Shown: positions 19,432-31,367, counted from the first letter of the stretch. The stretch: DNA of 64,000 nt from an uncultured cyanobacterium (GCA_963749915.1 CAVVOP010000020.1:160001-224000); one strand, 5' to 3'. Numbers and translations are program-made. The notes: generated by a model from the letters alone, not told the origin.

Positions 19432-19662
19432 GATGCGCTCCTTATTTAATTTTGAAAACTGCTTACCCGAATTGAATAAGAGTTAACTACTCTGCCTCTG
19501 ATAAGTGGGCACAGTACCTGCCTACCATTGTAACGGGCGGATGTTATGATTTCCTGAATAAATTTACAAAATGTAACAGTTAGAAAATATAACAGGTGAT
19601 GCACGAGTTAAGCTCCATCAACTTCAATACTGCTAGGAAGCGTGCCGAAGACATTACCGTGA

Positions 19663-19699
19663 GTAATAAGTAATAAGTAATAAGTAATAAGTAATAAGT
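19663..19699. repeat. Heptamer tandem repeat (GTAATAA)x5
   Basis: Read directly; the same unit recurs at 52263-52292. Confidence 0.9.
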
Positions 19700-19839
19700 G
19701 AGTAGTATGAAAATTGAGAAAAAGTGTCGCCATTTGAAAGGGTTCCTTGGAATTCATAAAGAAGGTGAAATTGATGAGTGTTTTTAATCAATTATACGAA
19801 ACTATATCAAGACTCATATTTTTTTGCGACAGAACCCAA

Positions 19840-22095
19840 TTAACCTTCATCCTGATAATAATTTTTGTAATCATAATAACCGTAACCATAATAACCACCC
19901 ATAGATTTTTTGACACCGTTAAGTACCATTCCTAAAATGGGCATTTTTGACATTTGTAAATCATTAAGTACCTGTCGGACATTAGGGCGATGAGTTTTTC
20001 CTAACCCAAGGATAAAAACAAGGCCATCAGTAAAAGGAATAAGAATTTTCCCATCAGAAAATCCCATCAGAGGTGGAGTGTCATAGATCACTAAATCGAA
20101 ATCTCCCTTCAATTTTGCCATTAAAGTTTGCATTTTTTGAGAGGAAATAATCCTCGTGGGATTAGGAGGTTTAGAACCGGCAGTGATGGCAAATAGATTT
20201 TCCTGTTCCGATGCTTGAATAACTTTCTCTAAAGGTATATCGTCTGTTATTAAATTACTGATTCCCATAGTATTTTTGATTCCTAAATATTTATGTAATT
20301 TAGGTTTACGCATGTCCACATCTACTATTAAAACTCTTTTGCCCAACATTGCCGCCGCTTTTGCTAAGAAAACAGTCGTAGTTGACTTTCCTTCACTCGC
20401 TTCCGCCGCCCCGACGACGATAGAACGAATAGAGCTGTCTGAGCTTAAAAGGTTAATATTCGTATAAAGGGAAAAATAAGCATCAAGGTTAGACATCGTT
20501 TCTGCATCAGCAAAAAGTCCTTTTCCTTGGTTAAAACTACTCTTAATTGATTTCTTTTTCTTATCGTTTACAACATCCAGGCTTTTATTATAAGGAATAA
20601 TCGCAAGAGTAGGCAAATCAATAGTGCTTTTAACATCCTCTACAGAATGAAATGCCGAATCCAGTCGATCAATTACAAAACCGAGTAATGTTCCTATGAA
20701 CATACTAGCAATAGTAATTAAAGCGATATTTTTCGTTGTGTCTGATACATCTTTAATAGTAGTTTCATCAATAGGTGTGAGTAACTTCCATGGAGAAGTC
20801 TGTTTTGCTACTTCTATTTGCAGATTTTCGCTGACTGCTAAGAGGCGATTTAAACTTTCACTGGCAGTCTGTAGCTCTCTTTGAATTTCTTGGTATTTTC
20901 TATTGGTGGTTGATAAAACATTAACTTTTGCATTAAGTTGTTCCCATGCTAGATCAAGTTGTTTCTGTTTTGATTGTAATACTTCAATTTGATTGTTGGT
21001 ATCAAAAAATTTCTGAGTCACTTCCACATTATTGGAAATCGAGGTCAGAAAATCTAAAGATAGATTTGACCCTTTACTACCCAGAATCTTATAAGTTTCC
21101 TGATTTAGTAATGATATTAATTCTTCTTTTTTGGCTCTCAATGTTTTGAGTATGGGGTGTTGAGTTCCCAATCTCACACTTTCTAAGGCCATTTGAGTGT
21201 CAATGTCTTTGATTTGGGAAATCAGTTTCCCATAATTAGTTTCTTTATTTAAACGAGAAACAATGTTCCCTTGTTCGGGCGTTAAATCCAACTTATTTGC
21301 TAGCTCATTACTTAGTTTCTTCATTCCGCTAAGTTCAGTTTGTACATTTTCGATTTCTCGCAATAGAAATCCAGCCTGTGATGATAACACTTCATTTTGA
21401 GTCTTAGGATCGATTAAATCATTAGTCTTTTGAAAATTTTCTAATTTCGACTCAAACATGGCTACGTCTTCAAGAACTCGATTTATTTGATCTTCGGCGA
21501 AAGCTTGGGCTTGAGTAATATTACTTATATACTCTTTCGATTGATAGTCTAAGTAACCCTTCATTAATTGATTTAATACAAACAATATTTCTTCTTCCGA
21601 TTCATCTGTATAACTAACCTCGAGAATTTTAGTTTCGCCGAATCGTTCAAGATTTAATTGGCTCATGAATTCCTTTTTTACTAATTCAGGATAACGAGAC
21701 TGAATTACCGGGAAAATAGTATCCATCACCAATGGACTTTTTAATACATCAATTTGACTATCATAATCCAAACCTGAATCGAAATATGAAGGTTTTGAAA
21801 AATTGTCCAAAAAATCTAATTTTTTACCTTCACTATTCAAAGGTTCAACAAGAAGTTTAAATTTTCCCTCATAAACTGGGGGCTGAAGTAAAATCCATGT
21901 AGATAAAGCCGTCACTAATGTAAGAGTTGTACCAATTATTATTAAGCCTCGTCTCCTGAAAACTCTCAACAATTCACTTATATTTATTTCATCATCATCA
22001 TCATCGGAAATGTTTGAATTTAAGTAAACTAATTTATTCGGTTCTTGATTCTGTGTCTGTAAATTATTGGTCTTGTCAGAGTTATTTAAAAACAT
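19840..22095 (-). CDS. wzc: GumC/Wzc polysaccharide co-polymerase tyrosine kinase
   Basis: Wzz-like N-terminal part, coiled coil, EGKST, DVDMRKP, YDTPP and Tyr-rich tail GGYYGYGYYDYKNYY. Confidence 0.92.
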   Translation of the reverse strand: MFLNNSDKTNNLQTQNQEPNKLVYLNSNISDDDDDEINISELLRVFRRRGLIIIGTTLTLVTALSTWILLQPPVYEGKFKLLVEPLNSEGKKLDFLDNFSKPSYFDSGLDYDSQIDVLKSPLVMDTIFPVIQSRYPELVKKEFMSQLNLERFGETKILEVSYTDESEEEILFVLNQLMKGYLDYQSKEYISNITQAQAFAEDQINRVLEDVAMFESKLENFQKTNDLIDPKTQNEVLSSQAGFLLREIENVQTELSGMKKLSNELANKLDLTPEQGNIVSRLNKETNYGKLISQIKDIDTQMALESVRLGTQHPILKTLRAKKEELISLLNQETYKILGSKGSNLSLDFLTSISNNVEVTQKFFDTNNQIEVLQSKQKQLDLAWEQLNAKVNVLSTTNRKYQEIQRELQTASESLNRLLAVSENLQIEVAKQTSPWKLLTPIDETTIKDVSDTTKNIALITIASMFIGTLLGFVIDRLDSAFHSVEDVKSTIDLPTLAIIPYNKSLDVVNDKKKKSIKSSFNQGKGLFADAETMSNLDAYFSLYTNINLLSSDSSIRSIVVGAAEASEGKSTTTVFLAKAAAMLGKRVLIVDVDMRKPKLHKYLGIKNTMGISNLITDDIPLEKVIQASEQENLFAITAGSKPPNPTRIISSQKMQTLMAKLKGDFDLVIYDTPPLMGFSDGKILIPFTDGLVFILGLGKTHRPNVRQVLNDLQMSKMPILGMVLNGVKKSMGGYYGYGYYDYKNYYQDEG

Positions 22096-22225
22096 AGTTA
22101 AAATTTTTTGGGATAGCAGTGTTTTAGTAAGTAAACAAGAAAAAGACGAAATTCAGGTAACTATAAGGTTTCTGTATCAAAATTGGTGTTAATTTTAATT
22201 CATTCAATAATTTATTGTAATGAAA

Positions 22226-24124
22226 CTAAACAAGTAAGGGATTATTGAATTCAGGAACTAAAATTTTCAGTTGTTTGAGTACCTCTTCTGAATTTCCTTC
22301 CTTTGCCAGGTCGAGTAAACTTTCTAAATTCGGTTGCAAAATTTCCCATTCTAGCATTGGTTCGTTCCCCGAAAATATCTGTGGGTGTTGACTCGGATTA
22401 CTATTATTTTTGTCGATTAATAGTTCTTCATATAGCTTTTCTCCCGGTCTTAACCCGATAATGTCAATTTTGATATCTTTTCCCGCTTCCATACCACTTA
22501 ATTCTATCATTTTTACCGCTAGATCATAAATAAGTACAGGATTACCCATATCTAACAAAAAAATTTCTCCGCCTTTTGCCATGGCCCCCGCTTGAATGAC
22601 TAAACTAACGGCTTCTGGAATGGAAATAAAATAACGGGTTACATTTTTATGGGTTAGGGTAATTGGTTTTCCTTCACTTATTTGTTTTCGGAAACGAGGA
22701 ATTACCGAACCGCTACTATTTAACACATTGCCAAAACGAACGATGGCAAAAATAGTTTTCGTCCTTTTCTGCGCTGCTAAACCCTGGATAACCAATTCTG
22801 CGACTCTTTTACTTGCTCCCATAACATTTGTAGGACGTACAGCTTTATCCGTAGAAATGAAAACGAAATTTTTTACTCCACAGGCTATAGCCGAACGGGC
22901 TGTGGTCAAAGTCCCCGCAACGTTATTATAAACTCCGACACAAGGATTCATTTCCACTAAAGGAACGTGTTTATAGGCGGCGGCATGATATATTGTTTCA
23001 ACGTTGTGTTTTTTTAAAATTTTTTGAAAATACAACTCGTCGGTAATATTTCCTAAATAAGGATAAATAGGCACATCACAATTTTTTTCTCTTAGTTCTA
23101 AATCAATATCATAAAGAGCAAACTCATTTAGCTCAAATAATACCAGACATTTCGGTTGTAGTTGAGATATCTGGCGACATAACTCTGAACCGATAGAGCC
23201 CCCCGCACCGGTAACCAAAACGGTCTTATGGGTAATATTTACCCTCAATAGGATATGATTAGGAGTAATTTCTTCTCTACCCAATAGTTCCGATACATCA
23301 ATATTCCTTATTTCAGAAACGGATGCTTGATTAGATAATAATTCTCTAAGATTAGGAATGGTTTTAAATTTAATAGGTAATAAGTTCAAACTTTCAATAA
23401 TTTCCTTTCGTCTTGAACTGGTTAAATTGGGAATAGCAAAAATTAGGGTTTGAAAAGGTTTTTGCCGATACAGTGATTGTAAATGATGAGGGCGATAAAT
23501 CGGAATGTTTCCTATGATTCTTCCTTCTAATTCTGGGTTATCATCAATAAAAGCTAATAATTTATATTCTGGATTTTGCTCTAAACTCTGTGCCAATTGG
23601 TATCCAGCTGAACCAGCTCCGTAAATGACCAAAGATTCTCGTGAGTACGAGTCCCACTGGAGAATAATGAGGGATTTAATCAGAGAACGAATTGTTATAC
23701 GTGATGCCGTAATGGCAATAATTGATATTAAACCATCTATAAGCATTACTGACTCACCAATAGAATCAGAAGCAAACAAAAATACTAATAGAATTCCAAT
23801 AATAGTACTAACAATAACAGACTTAGTAATTTTTGAGAAAAAACCTATATCTGTATATTTTGTCACTGGACGATATAGACCAAAGAATCGAAATATTAAA
23901 ACTTTTGAGACGAGATGAACTGTTATTAGCGGAAGGAAAAGATCAAATAGCTCGAAAGTGTGAGGAAGACTATAGAAGATATTAAAGGCTGAGAATATAG
24001 AGACTACAGACACAAGAAAATCAAGACATAATAATATAACTTCTTTTTGCCATCGCGATAAATCGCTATATTGTGGGGTGAACCGAATAAATAGATTTTG
24101 AAGAAGCATTTTTTTGACGATCAT
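22226..24124 (-). CDS. CapD/WbpM/PglF-type nucleotide-sugar 4,6-dehydratase
   Basis: TGAGGSIGSELCRQ, HAAAYKHVP, STDKAVRP, RFGNVL, GLRPGEKLYEEL. Confidence 0.92.
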   Translation of the reverse strand: MIVKKMLLQNLFIRFTPQYSDLSRWQKEVILLCLDFLVSVVSIFSAFNIFYSLPHTFELFDLFLPLITVHLVSKVLIFRFFGLYRPVTKYTDIGFFSKITKSVIVSTIIGILLVFLFASDSIGESVMLIDGLISIIAITASRITIRSLIKSLIILQWDSYSRESLVIYGAGSAGYQLAQSLEQNPEYKLLAFIDDNPELEGRIIGNIPIYRPHHLQSLYRQKPFQTLIFAIPNLTSSRRKEIIESLNLLPIKFKTIPNLRELLSNQASVSEIRNIDVSELLGREEITPNHILLRVNITHKTVLVTGAGGSIGSELCRQISQLQPKCLVLFELNEFALYDIDLELREKNCDVPIYPYLGNITDELYFQKILKKHNVETIYHAAAYKHVPLVEMNPCVGVYNNVAGTLTTARSAIACGVKNFVFISTDKAVRPTNVMGASKRVAELVIQGLAAQKRTKTIFAIVRFGNVLNSSGSVIPRFRKQISEGKPITLTHKNVTRYFISIPEAVSLVIQAGAMAKGGEIFLLDMGNPVLIYDLAVKMIELSGMEAGKDIKIDIIGLRPGEKLYEELLIDKNNSNPSQHPQIFSGNEPMLEWEILQPNLESLLDLAKEGNSEEVLKQLKILVPEFNNPLLV

Positions 24125-24279
24125 AAAAAAATTATTTAGTCAATTATATGGGCAAATATAATATAACTGTTGATAATAATCATAAGTTAATAATCAGTCA
24201 ACCTAAATTCAGATATTTGAAGATAACAAAAAGGGGAGTGCTAACTAGTTAACATCCAAATAAATGGCATTCATAAACG

Positions 24280-24310
24280 AAAAAAAAGGCGAACTATACA
24301 TAGTTCACCC
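24280..24310 (-). terminator. Intrinsic terminator of dnaK
   Basis: Minus strand GGTGAACTA-TGTA-TAGTTCGCC followed by T8. Confidence 0.85.
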
Positions 24311-24370
24311 GTAAAATTAATAACAAATTACAAACTTGAAAAAATAAATCAAGGCAAAAAATCTGAAAAT

Positions 24371-26269
24371 CTAGTTGTCAGAGAATTCTGCATCAATGAC
24401 ATCCTCACCACTATTACTTGAACCGGTGTCATTAGTGCCACTGGTATCTGTGCCTGGAGTTGCACCACCAGATTGCTGATAAATGTTACTACCGATGGTA
24501 TACAACACCTGTTGTAATTCTGGCATGACGGTTTTGATTTTCTCGTCATTTTCTTTAGCTACAGCATCTTTAAGATCTTTAATCAATCCTTCGGCTTTGG
24601 CTTTATCATCGGCGGAAACTTTATCTCCTAATTCCGTGAGTTGTTTCTCTGCTTGATAAACTAAAGAATCAGCCTGGTTTTTACGCTCAATAGCATCTCG
24701 TCTTTCTTTATCTGTCGCCGCATTGGATTCAGCTTCCTTGACCATACGATCGACTTCATCAGAAGGTAAAGTGGAAGCACCAGTAATACTGATGGATTGT
24801 TCTTTACCAGTACCTTTATCCTTGGCGGTTACATTTAAGATACCGTTAGCATCAATATCGAAAATAACTTCTATTTGGGGTACGCCACGAGGTGCAGGAG
24901 GAATACCATCTAAACGGAAAGTTCCCAAACTCTTGTTATCTTTAGAAAATTCTCTTTCACCTTGTAAAACGTGAATTTCTACGTTACTTTGTCCATCAAC
25001 GGCAGTAGAGAAGGTTTCCGATTTTTTGGTAGGGATAGTAGTGTTACGGGGAATAATTTTTGTCATTACACCGCCGAGGGTTTCCACACCCAGAGAAAGA
25101 GGAGTTACATCTAACAAGAGAATATCTTTAACTTCTCCGGCTAAAACACCCCCTTGAATAGCTGCCCCTACAGCCACTACTTCATCGGGATTAACAGTTT
25201 GATTAGGATCTTTTCCGAGAATTTTTTTGACTACTTCTTGGACGGCGGGAATACGAGTTGAACCACCAACTAAGACAACTTCATCAATATCGCTAGGGCT
25301 GAGTTTAGAGTCTTTAAGGGCATTTTGTACAGGGACAGCACAACGATCGATTAAATCAGCACATAACTCTTCAAATTTAGCTCTAGTTAAGGTTAATTCT
25401 AAATGCTTAGGTCCGTCTTGAGTAGCGGTAATAAAAGGTAAGTTAATTTCCGCTTGAGAAACGCTAGAGAGTTCGATTTTGGCTTTTTCAGCGGCTTCTG
25501 TTAACCGTTGTAAAGCCTGTTTATCTTTGCGTAGATCAATACCTTCCTTTCCTTTAAAGTCTGCCGCTAAGTGATCGACAATTTTTTTATCAAAATCATC
25601 ACCGCCTAAGTGGGTATCCCCAGAGGTGGATAAAACTTCAAATACACCATCACCAACTTCTAAAACAGAAACGTCAAAAGTACCACCACCTAAGTCAAAT
25701 ACTAAAATAGTTTCGTTGCTTTTTTTATCTAACCCATAAGCCAAAGATGCGGCGGTAGGCTCGTTAATAATACGTTTAACTTCGATGCCAGCGATTTTTC
25801 CCGCGTCTTTAGTGGCTTGACGTTGAGAGTCGTTAAAGTAAGCTGGTACGGTGATTACAGCCTCAGTAACTGTTTCTCCTAAATATTTACTGGCATCTTC
25901 GACCAATTTGCGTAAAACTTGGGCAGAAATTTCTTCAGGAGAGAATTGTTTACTTTGCGAGGGACAATCCAACTTCACATTGCCACCAACATTTAATACT
26001 TTATAAGATACTTCTGTGGTCTCGTTGGTGACCTCATCATATCTTCTACCGATAAAACGCTTAACGGAATAAAACGTATTTTCGGGATTCATTACCCCTT
26101 GACGTTTGGCAATTTGTCCGACAAGGCGATCGCCATTTTTAGCATAAGCTACTACGGAAGGAGTAGTCCTAAAACCCTCAGCATTGGCAATAACAACAGG
26201 TTTACCTCCCTCCATCACCGCCACACAAGAGTTGGTTGTACCTAAATCTATACCTACTACTTTTCCCAT
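24371..26269 (-). CDS. dnaK: Molecular chaperone DnaK (DnaK2 type)
   Basis: [36 protein letters not shown]-terminal DVIDAEF. Confidence 0.98.
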   Translation of the reverse strand: MGKVVGIDLGTTNSCVAVMEGGKPVVIANAEGFRTTPSVVAYAKNGDRLVGQIAKRQGVMNPENTFYSVKRFIGRRYDEVTNETTEVSYKVLNVGGNVKLDCPSQSKQFSPEEISAQVLRKLVEDASKYLGETVTEAVITVPAYFNDSQRQATKDAGKIAGIEVKRIINEPTAASLAYGLDKKSNETILVFDLGGGTFDVSVLEVGDGVFEVLSTSGDTHLGGDDFDKKIVDHLAADFKGKEGIDLRKDKQALQRLTEAAEKAKIELSSVSQAEINLPFITATQDGPKHLELTLTRAKFEELCADLIDRCAVPVQNALKDSKLSPSDIDEVVLVGGSTRIPAVQEVVKKILGKDPNQTVNPDEVVAVGAAIQGGVLAGEVKDILLLDVTPLSLGVETLGGVMTKIIPRNTTIPTKKSETFSTAVDGQSNVEIHVLQGEREFSKDNKSLGTFRLDGIPPAPRGVPQIEVIFDIDANGILNVTAKDKGTGKEQSISITGASTLPSDEVDRMVKEAESNAATDKERRDAIERKNQADSLVYQAEKQLTELGDKVSADDKAKAEGLIKDLKDAVAKENDEKIKTVMPELQQVLYTIGSNIYQQSGGATPGTDTSGTNDTGSSNSGEDVIDAEFSDN

Positions 26270-26403
26270 ATATAATTACTTCCTTATCAGTATATGTAAA
26301 TTTTTATAACGGAAACAATGAAGTTAATGATTAATTTTTGAGAATTTTTACTTAACTGCTTATTTCTTCTTCTATATTGAGGGAAAGCGATCCCTTTAAG
26401 GTA

Positions 26404-26419
26404 GTGTAGTTTTCCGTAC
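26404..26419 (-). promoter_or_regulatory. K-box-like element upstream of dnaK
   Basis: GTACGG-AAAA-CTACAC against the cyanobacterial K-box GTTCGG-NNAN-CCNNAC (2 mismatches), 135 bp upstream of the start. Confidence 0.6.
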
Positions 26420-26462
26420 CTTTTATAACCTGAGTTCCGTTTAATGTTTAATGTTTATTTGT

Positions 26463-28028
26463 TTATTTTTCTGAAGATAAACCAAAAAGATTTTTGATTT
26501 TAAACCATTTTTGGCGTAAACTCCAAAATTTACTACTTTCCATAGCCGTAATTGTCTCTTGATGTTGAGCTAAAATTCTTCTAGTTTCTTGGAGTTTTTT
26601 CCCCGTTTTATTAAGTTTTTGATGGGTATTTTTTAGTTCTTGTTGTATGGAGTATAAAGCTAAATCTGCATAAATTTTTTCAAAATATAATCCTCTATTA
26701 TTGGCAGTAGTATTTGAAGCGGAAAATAGAGAAGAATTTGTTATATTTACTGATGAACTATCTAACAATTCTTGATATAATTGCAAATAATGATTAGCTT
26801 GAATGGACAATCCATAATTATTGGTAATTATTTCCCTCGATTTTTTTCCCATAGGGACCAATAATCCCTGACCATTAGTAAGTTGTATAATTTTTTCGCT
26901 CATGGATTGAATATCCCCATATGGCACTATTATTCCCGAAATTTGATCTTGAATTAAATCAGGGATTCCGCCGACATCAAAGGCAATAACTGGTGTGGCA
27001 CAACTCATGGACTCTAACATTGTATTGGGGAAATTATCTTCCAAAGACGGTAGAATGAAAATATCCGCCGCCGAATAAATCAGACTTAATTCCTCATCGG
27101 AGTTGATATTACCGAGGGAAATAATCTTTATTCCTAACTCTTGAAATGCCTGATTAGGTTCACCAAAACAGCAAATTTTTAAGCGATCATTTTTAATGAG
27201 TGCAGAAAATTGATGATTATTTTTACATATTTTTAAACTATTAATTAATTCCATAAACCCTTTTCTTTTTTCTTTTCCCGTAACGGCTCCCACTAATAAG
27301 ATAATGTCGTCAGCATTAAGATTGCAACTTTTTTTGGCTTCTAATTTATTAATAGGTCGAAAAACATTTGTATCTAAAGAATAAGGTATAACCTCGATTC
27401 TATTATGACGAAAAACTCGACTTTTTTTTGCAGACTCAGCCAACCATTTACTAGGGGTTACAATTACTAAATTAGGATCCTTAAAAAATTCTATTTTCTC
27501 TTGTAAAAGATGATGGGGTAATTGAAAAATATCCTCAGAAAGTTGAGGACAATTTAAGCAATTATTTTCATATCCTTGACATCCTGCCGTATAGTGACAC
27601 CCTCCGGTAAATGCCCACATATCATGAAGTGTCCACAGCACCGGCTTACCTAAATCCAGTAATTTTTTGATGGTTAGGGGTGATTGAAAACCACTGGTTA
27701 TCCAATGTAAATTGATAATATCACTATTAATAATTGGGTCTAATTTAGCGACATTAAACCCCGAATAACCTAAAGAAAATAAAGTATTAGAAATAGGGGT
27801 TCTATTATTATTAATATAATGATTTTGAATATAATTGCAATAGGTAGAATCCAAACTATTTTCGAATTTATTGAGTTTATATTCCAAAACATGAGTGTCG
27901 GCGGAGGTTTTATATAAACTTAATATTTGCGATTCCTGCCCTATTTTTAGTAGTCCTTCATGTAATCGATAAGCTGCTCTTGCTGCGCCTCCCGCAATGT
28001 CAAAAGTACTAAGATGTGTTATTTTCAT
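26463..28028 (-). CDS. Complete GT4 glycosyltransferase (WcaC-like) with coiled-coil/MESSKFW tail
   Basis: GGAARAAYRLH, INLHW, WTLHDMWAFTGGCHY, RKG, EDNFPNTMLE. Confidence 0.9.
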   Translation of the reverse strand: MKITHLSTFDIAGGAARAAYRLHEGLLKIGQESQILSLYKTSADTHVLEYKLNKFENSLDSTYCNYIQNHYINNNRTPISNTLFSLGYSGFNVAKLDPIINSDIINLHWITSGFQSPLTIKKLLDLGKPVLWTLHDMWAFTGGCHYTAGCQGYENNCLNCPQLSEDIFQLPHHLLQEKIEFFKDPNLVIVTPSKWLAESAKKSRVFRHNRIEVIPYSLDTNVFRPINKLEAKKSCNLNADDIILLVGAVTGKEKRKGFMELINSLKICKNNHQFSALIKNDRLKICCFGEPNQAFQELGIKIISLGNINSDEELSLIYSAADIFILPSLEDNFPNTMLESMSCATPVIAFDVGGIPDLIQDQISGIIVPYGDIQSMSEKIIQLTNGQGLLVPMGKKSREIITNNYGLSIQANHYLQLYQELLDSSSVNITNSSLFSASNTTANNRGLYFEKIYADLALYSIQQELKNTHQKLNKTGKKLQETRRILAQHQETITAMESSKFWSLRQKWFKIKNLFGLSSEK

Positions 28029-28047
28029 ATGTTATCGCCGTCATTCC

Positions 28048-28072
28048 AATTCCTAATTCCTAATTCCTAATT
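28048..28072. repeat. Heptamer tandem repeat (AATTCCT)x3
   Basis: Read directly in the intergenic spacer. Confidence 0.8.
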
Positions 28073-29738
28073 ATTCATCTGCCGGTAAGCCGAAAGTTTT
28101 TTTAACTTTAAACCATTTTTGCCGTAAACTCCAGAATTTACTGCTTTCCATGGCGGCAATTCTATCGTTAGCTTCTTTTAATTGATTTTCAATTTGTCGC
28201 ATTTCATTTTTAATATCCCCATATTGTATTTCATCAAAATAGCTAACTTGTATCATACTATTATCGTCAGAAGAGTTATTTTCTAATTGATAAACATGGT
28301 TTTCACACTTGTGCAACTGTTCTGTTGTTTGTTGCAACTTCCATCGTAAATCAGCCATTTGTGAGGGTAAATCTTGCAGTTGTTGTACTGCTGTTAATAA
28401 CATATATATTTGTCTTTTACGCCATTTCTCCGGAGGAATTTTGGCTAAAAATTGACGTAGGGAGTATTTCGCTTTGGCGGACATTTCCTGATGTAGGGGA
28501 TATTCGGAGGTGACGAAGTATTCATATAAAGGATAAGGATAATAAACAATATTTTCTCCCGTAACGACGGCGGCAGTGATGATTTCCCAATTCTGGCTAT
28601 CAATGTCTTTGTCTTCCGTATAGGGAAATTTATCTAATAATGTGCGAGAAAATAAACAACATTCTCCACCATAAGCATTACCTTTCATCATGGTGGGCAA
28701 TGTACCTCCAGCATAACTGACAATGCGATCAACTGCTCCAATTTCTTTTTGCGCACTGGTGACAATGACGGCATTGGCATTAACGGCGGTTTCGACAAAT
28801 TTTTCGATGGTTTGAGGAAAAAGGGTTACTTGAGGATTAAAAGACAAGAAAAAATCCCCTTCAGAAATGTCTAAAAGATGATTGCCTATTCCGCCAATGC
28901 CCTTAGTTTTTTGTAATTGTATAAATTTAAAGTTGGGGAAAAGAGATTTTGCATGAAGGAATAAGTCTTTACTTTCCGAATCTTGAGAGTTATCGTCAAT
29001 AATAATTACCTCTAAATGGGGATAAGTTTGAGTTTCAATACTACTGAGACAATCAATTAAATATTTTCCTTGATTGCGAGAAATAATCCCCAAAGTTACT
29101 TTATTTGTGGGTTTTTCGGTGGTTTTTACTTCGGCAAAAGCCTTGTCAATATAGGCAATTTTTTCCTGCAATAATTTTTGATTGATATTTTCTAAAGTAT
29201 TTTTATCAGCAACTTTTGGTGTTTGAGGATAATCCGTTAATGCTTCCTGCAATTTTTCCGCCAAAGAGTCCGCATCTTTTGGTTTAAACCAGTATAAACC
29301 CTCTGTACGTTGCACTAACTGTAAAGTTTCTCGGAAACCCCCCGTATCTGATACCACTAAACTTACGGGTAATTGTCCCATTTCTAAGGCTGTATTCGGG
29401 AAATTTTCTTGGGGACTGGTTAAGCATACTATGGCATGATCTAATTCTCGAATATACTCGATGGCCTGTTGACTATAAAAGTCACTAATAATTTCATAAC
29501 TAATATCATCATCCAATTCTTGCTCGATATATTGTTCACTATTTAGATGCTTTAATTCTGCGGAATACAAAGGGACAACTTTTCCCATGAAAATAATATT
29601 AATTTTTTCCTGCCATTCAAGGGGTAAAAATTTAACAGCAGAGATAAAAGTACATAAACCTTTTCTTTCTTCTAAACGTCCAAAAAAAACCAATGAAATT
29701 AGATCATTTTTCTCAGTCTTTAAAGATTCTTGTGACAT
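28071..29738 (-). CDS. GT4 C-terminal (donor-binding) domain + GT2-like domain + coiled-coil/MESSKFW tail
   Basis: FFGRLEERKG begins at residue 17; ENFPNTALE (EX7E) and SDTGG follow; then CLSSIETQTYPHLEVIIIDDNSQD. Confidence 0.85.
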   Translation of the reverse strand: MSQESLKTEKNDLISLVFFGRLEERKGLCTFISAVKFLPLEWQEKINIIFMGKVVPLYSAELKHLNSEQYIEQELDDDISYEIISDFYSQQAIEYIRELDHAIVCLTSPQENFPNTALEMGQLPVSLVVSDTGGFRETLQLVQRTEGLYWFKPKDADSLAEKLQEALTDYPQTPKVADKNTLENINQKLLQEKIAYIDKAFAEVKTTEKPTNKVTLGIISRNQGKYLIDCLSSIETQTYPHLEVIIIDDNSQDSESKDLFLHAKSLFPNFKFIQLQKTKGIGGIGNHLLDISEGDFFLSFNPQVTLFPQTIEKFVETAVNANAVIVTSAQKEIGAVDRIVSYAGGTLPTMMKGNAYGGECCLFSRTLLDKFPYTEDKDIDSQNWEIITAAVVTGENIVYYPYPLYEYFVTSEYPLHQEMSAKAKYSLRQFLAKIPPEKWRKRQIYMLLTAVQQLQDLPSQMADLRWKLQQTTEQLHKCENHVYQLENNSSDDNSMIQVSYFDEIQYGDIKNEMRQIENQLKEANDRIAAMESSKFWSLRQKWFKVKKTFGLPADE

Positions 29739-29768
29739 AATTTTTAGATAAATTTTTTGAAAATAAAG

Positions 29769-31367
29769 TTAACCAATTAATAATTTTTCTACGATAGATA
29801 ATTCAGTATCAGGTTGATAAAGGGCAGTTTGTTTGATTAATTCTAACTCTTTTTGGGCTTCCGCCATGTCGCCTAAATTAATTAATACCATGATTTTCGC
29901 TGCCAGAATATTAGGTTTAGCCTCAGGAGGAACTATACTTAAAGAATAATCAAAGGCTTGATTGATTTCGGTACGAGAAAAATCCTCAAGAGAGTAAGTT
30001 TTTTGTAGAAGTTCTGAAGGAATTTGCCTGATATATTTGAAAATTACTGAACCCCTGGGGACATATAACATAGGTTCAAAATAGTCTTTTAAACGATACA
30101 TAATTAAATGAATCCAAACGCAACGATAATGACAAAAATCTTGATGTTGAATCACCGAAATATTAGGCACTAAAGCTGGAAAAAATTCTTGTAAAATATG
30201 ATTAGTCAAGTTCCAATCTTTCATTGCATCAACTAATAAAAATTCAATGGGTTTATTCTCCTCCCATGTCATGGTTTTTAAATCCCCTACATGAATTTTC
30301 ACTTGATTTTCATAAGGTTTAATTTGTTCAATAAAACTATCTAAAAAATTATCTTCATCATTATACTTATTTTCTAAAGGCGTATTTTTTACTTCTTCAT
30401 TCATCCATTTTTTCCAAATAAATCGCTCATAAGCATGTATTTTTATCTGGTTATTATTAATATGAGAATTGTTATTTAATCCTATAACTAAAGGTAAAGT
30501 TAACGAACCCAACCAACAACCTAAATCAACAATTTCTCCCTGGCCAGTATATTCATTTTCAGCGTAATCTTTGACATAACATCTCTCTTGCTTTGATGTC
30601 ATTCCTAAAGCGTTAATAAGCCGAGATTCCAATTCATATTTTGTATAAGTTAAAATCGGTTGAATGGGGACAAAATAAGGACGATTATGGGCATGATTTG
30701 TTCGCCAACCATAGGATTCGACTTTATTTTTCAGGAAAAAAGAAGGGAAAAAAGCTAAATCTACATTCTCATAAGCCACCTGTTCTCGATGGCAAGATTT
30801 ATTAAACCAATCCTCTTTATTAATACTATCATTAGCCTCAAAAACCCATTCAAAACAACCATGAATAGTGATATTTGTCAAGCAATTTTTCCCCAACAAA
30901 TTCGCTTTTTTAGCCTGAATTGTATCATAACCAAATCCGTTAACATCAGGAAATTCTATATAAATTTTACTATCCTTAAAAGTAGAAGAAAACCCCTGAC
31001 AATAAAGCCAACTACCCACACTCTGATATTTAAAATAATAATCTTCTTTGGCTTGATTTAAGATAAATTTATGTTCTTGAGTTAAATTTAAAATCTCATC
31101 TACTTCCGAGACAGAAAAGATATGTTTTAACGCCCGAATATGAGATTTTCCACGATATTTTTCATCATTTTGACAAATAATTAAAATCACCGCCCAACCA
31201 GCTTGAGCCATTTTTTGACTTAAGCTAGTATAATAGGTACCAATGCCACCGTTACGGGAAAATCCTTCATATTCATTACTAATTAAAAGGGCAATTTTAG
31301 AATAATCTTCTCCTTGAAATTGTTGTAAAATTTTACTCTTAAAACTGATTAAATGTTGTTTGATCAT
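29769..31367 (-). CDS. GT4 N-terminal domain fused to a SAM methyltransferase (Methyltransf_24-like)
   Basis: EYEGFSRNGGIGTYY...IEFPD...TIHG...FFPSFFL; then IVDLGCWLGS and FLLVDAMK. Confidence 0.8.
   Translation of the reverse strand: MIKQHLISFKSKILQQFQGEDYSKIALLISNEYEGFSRNGGIGTYYTSLSQKMAQAGWAVILIICQNDEKYRGKSHIRALKHIFSVSEVDEILNLTQEHKFILNQAKEDYYFKYQSVGSWLYCQGFSSTFKDSKIYIEFPDVNGFGYDTIQAKKANLLGKNCLTNITIHGCFEWVFEANDSINKEDWFNKSCHREQVAYENVDLAFFPSFFLKNKVESYGWRTNHAHNRPYFVPIQPILTYTKYELESRLINALGMTSKQERCYVKDYAENEYTGQGEIVDLGCWLGSLTLPLVIGLNNNSHINNNQIKIHAYERFIWKKWMNEEVKNTPLENKYNDEDNFLDSFIEQIKPYENQVKIHVGDLKTMTWEENKPIEFLLVDAMKDWNLTNHILQEFFPALVPNISVIQHQDFCHYRCVWIHLIMYRLKDYFEPMLYVPRGSVIFKYIRQIPSELLQKTYSLEDFSRTEINQAFDYSLSIVPPEAKPNILAAKIMVLINLGDMAEAQKELELIKQTALYQPDTELSIVEKLLIG

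Noticed and set aside
19563..19577. TTACA-AAA-TGTAA palindrome upstream of csbD as an NtcA or RpaB site
   Set aside because: Orientation and spacing fit neither GTA-N8-TAC nor the HLR1 direct repeat; too short to call.
19747..19935. 62-aa plus-strand ORF
   Set aside because: Overlaps the wzc 3' end in antisense; its low complexity mirrors the Tyr-rich tail.
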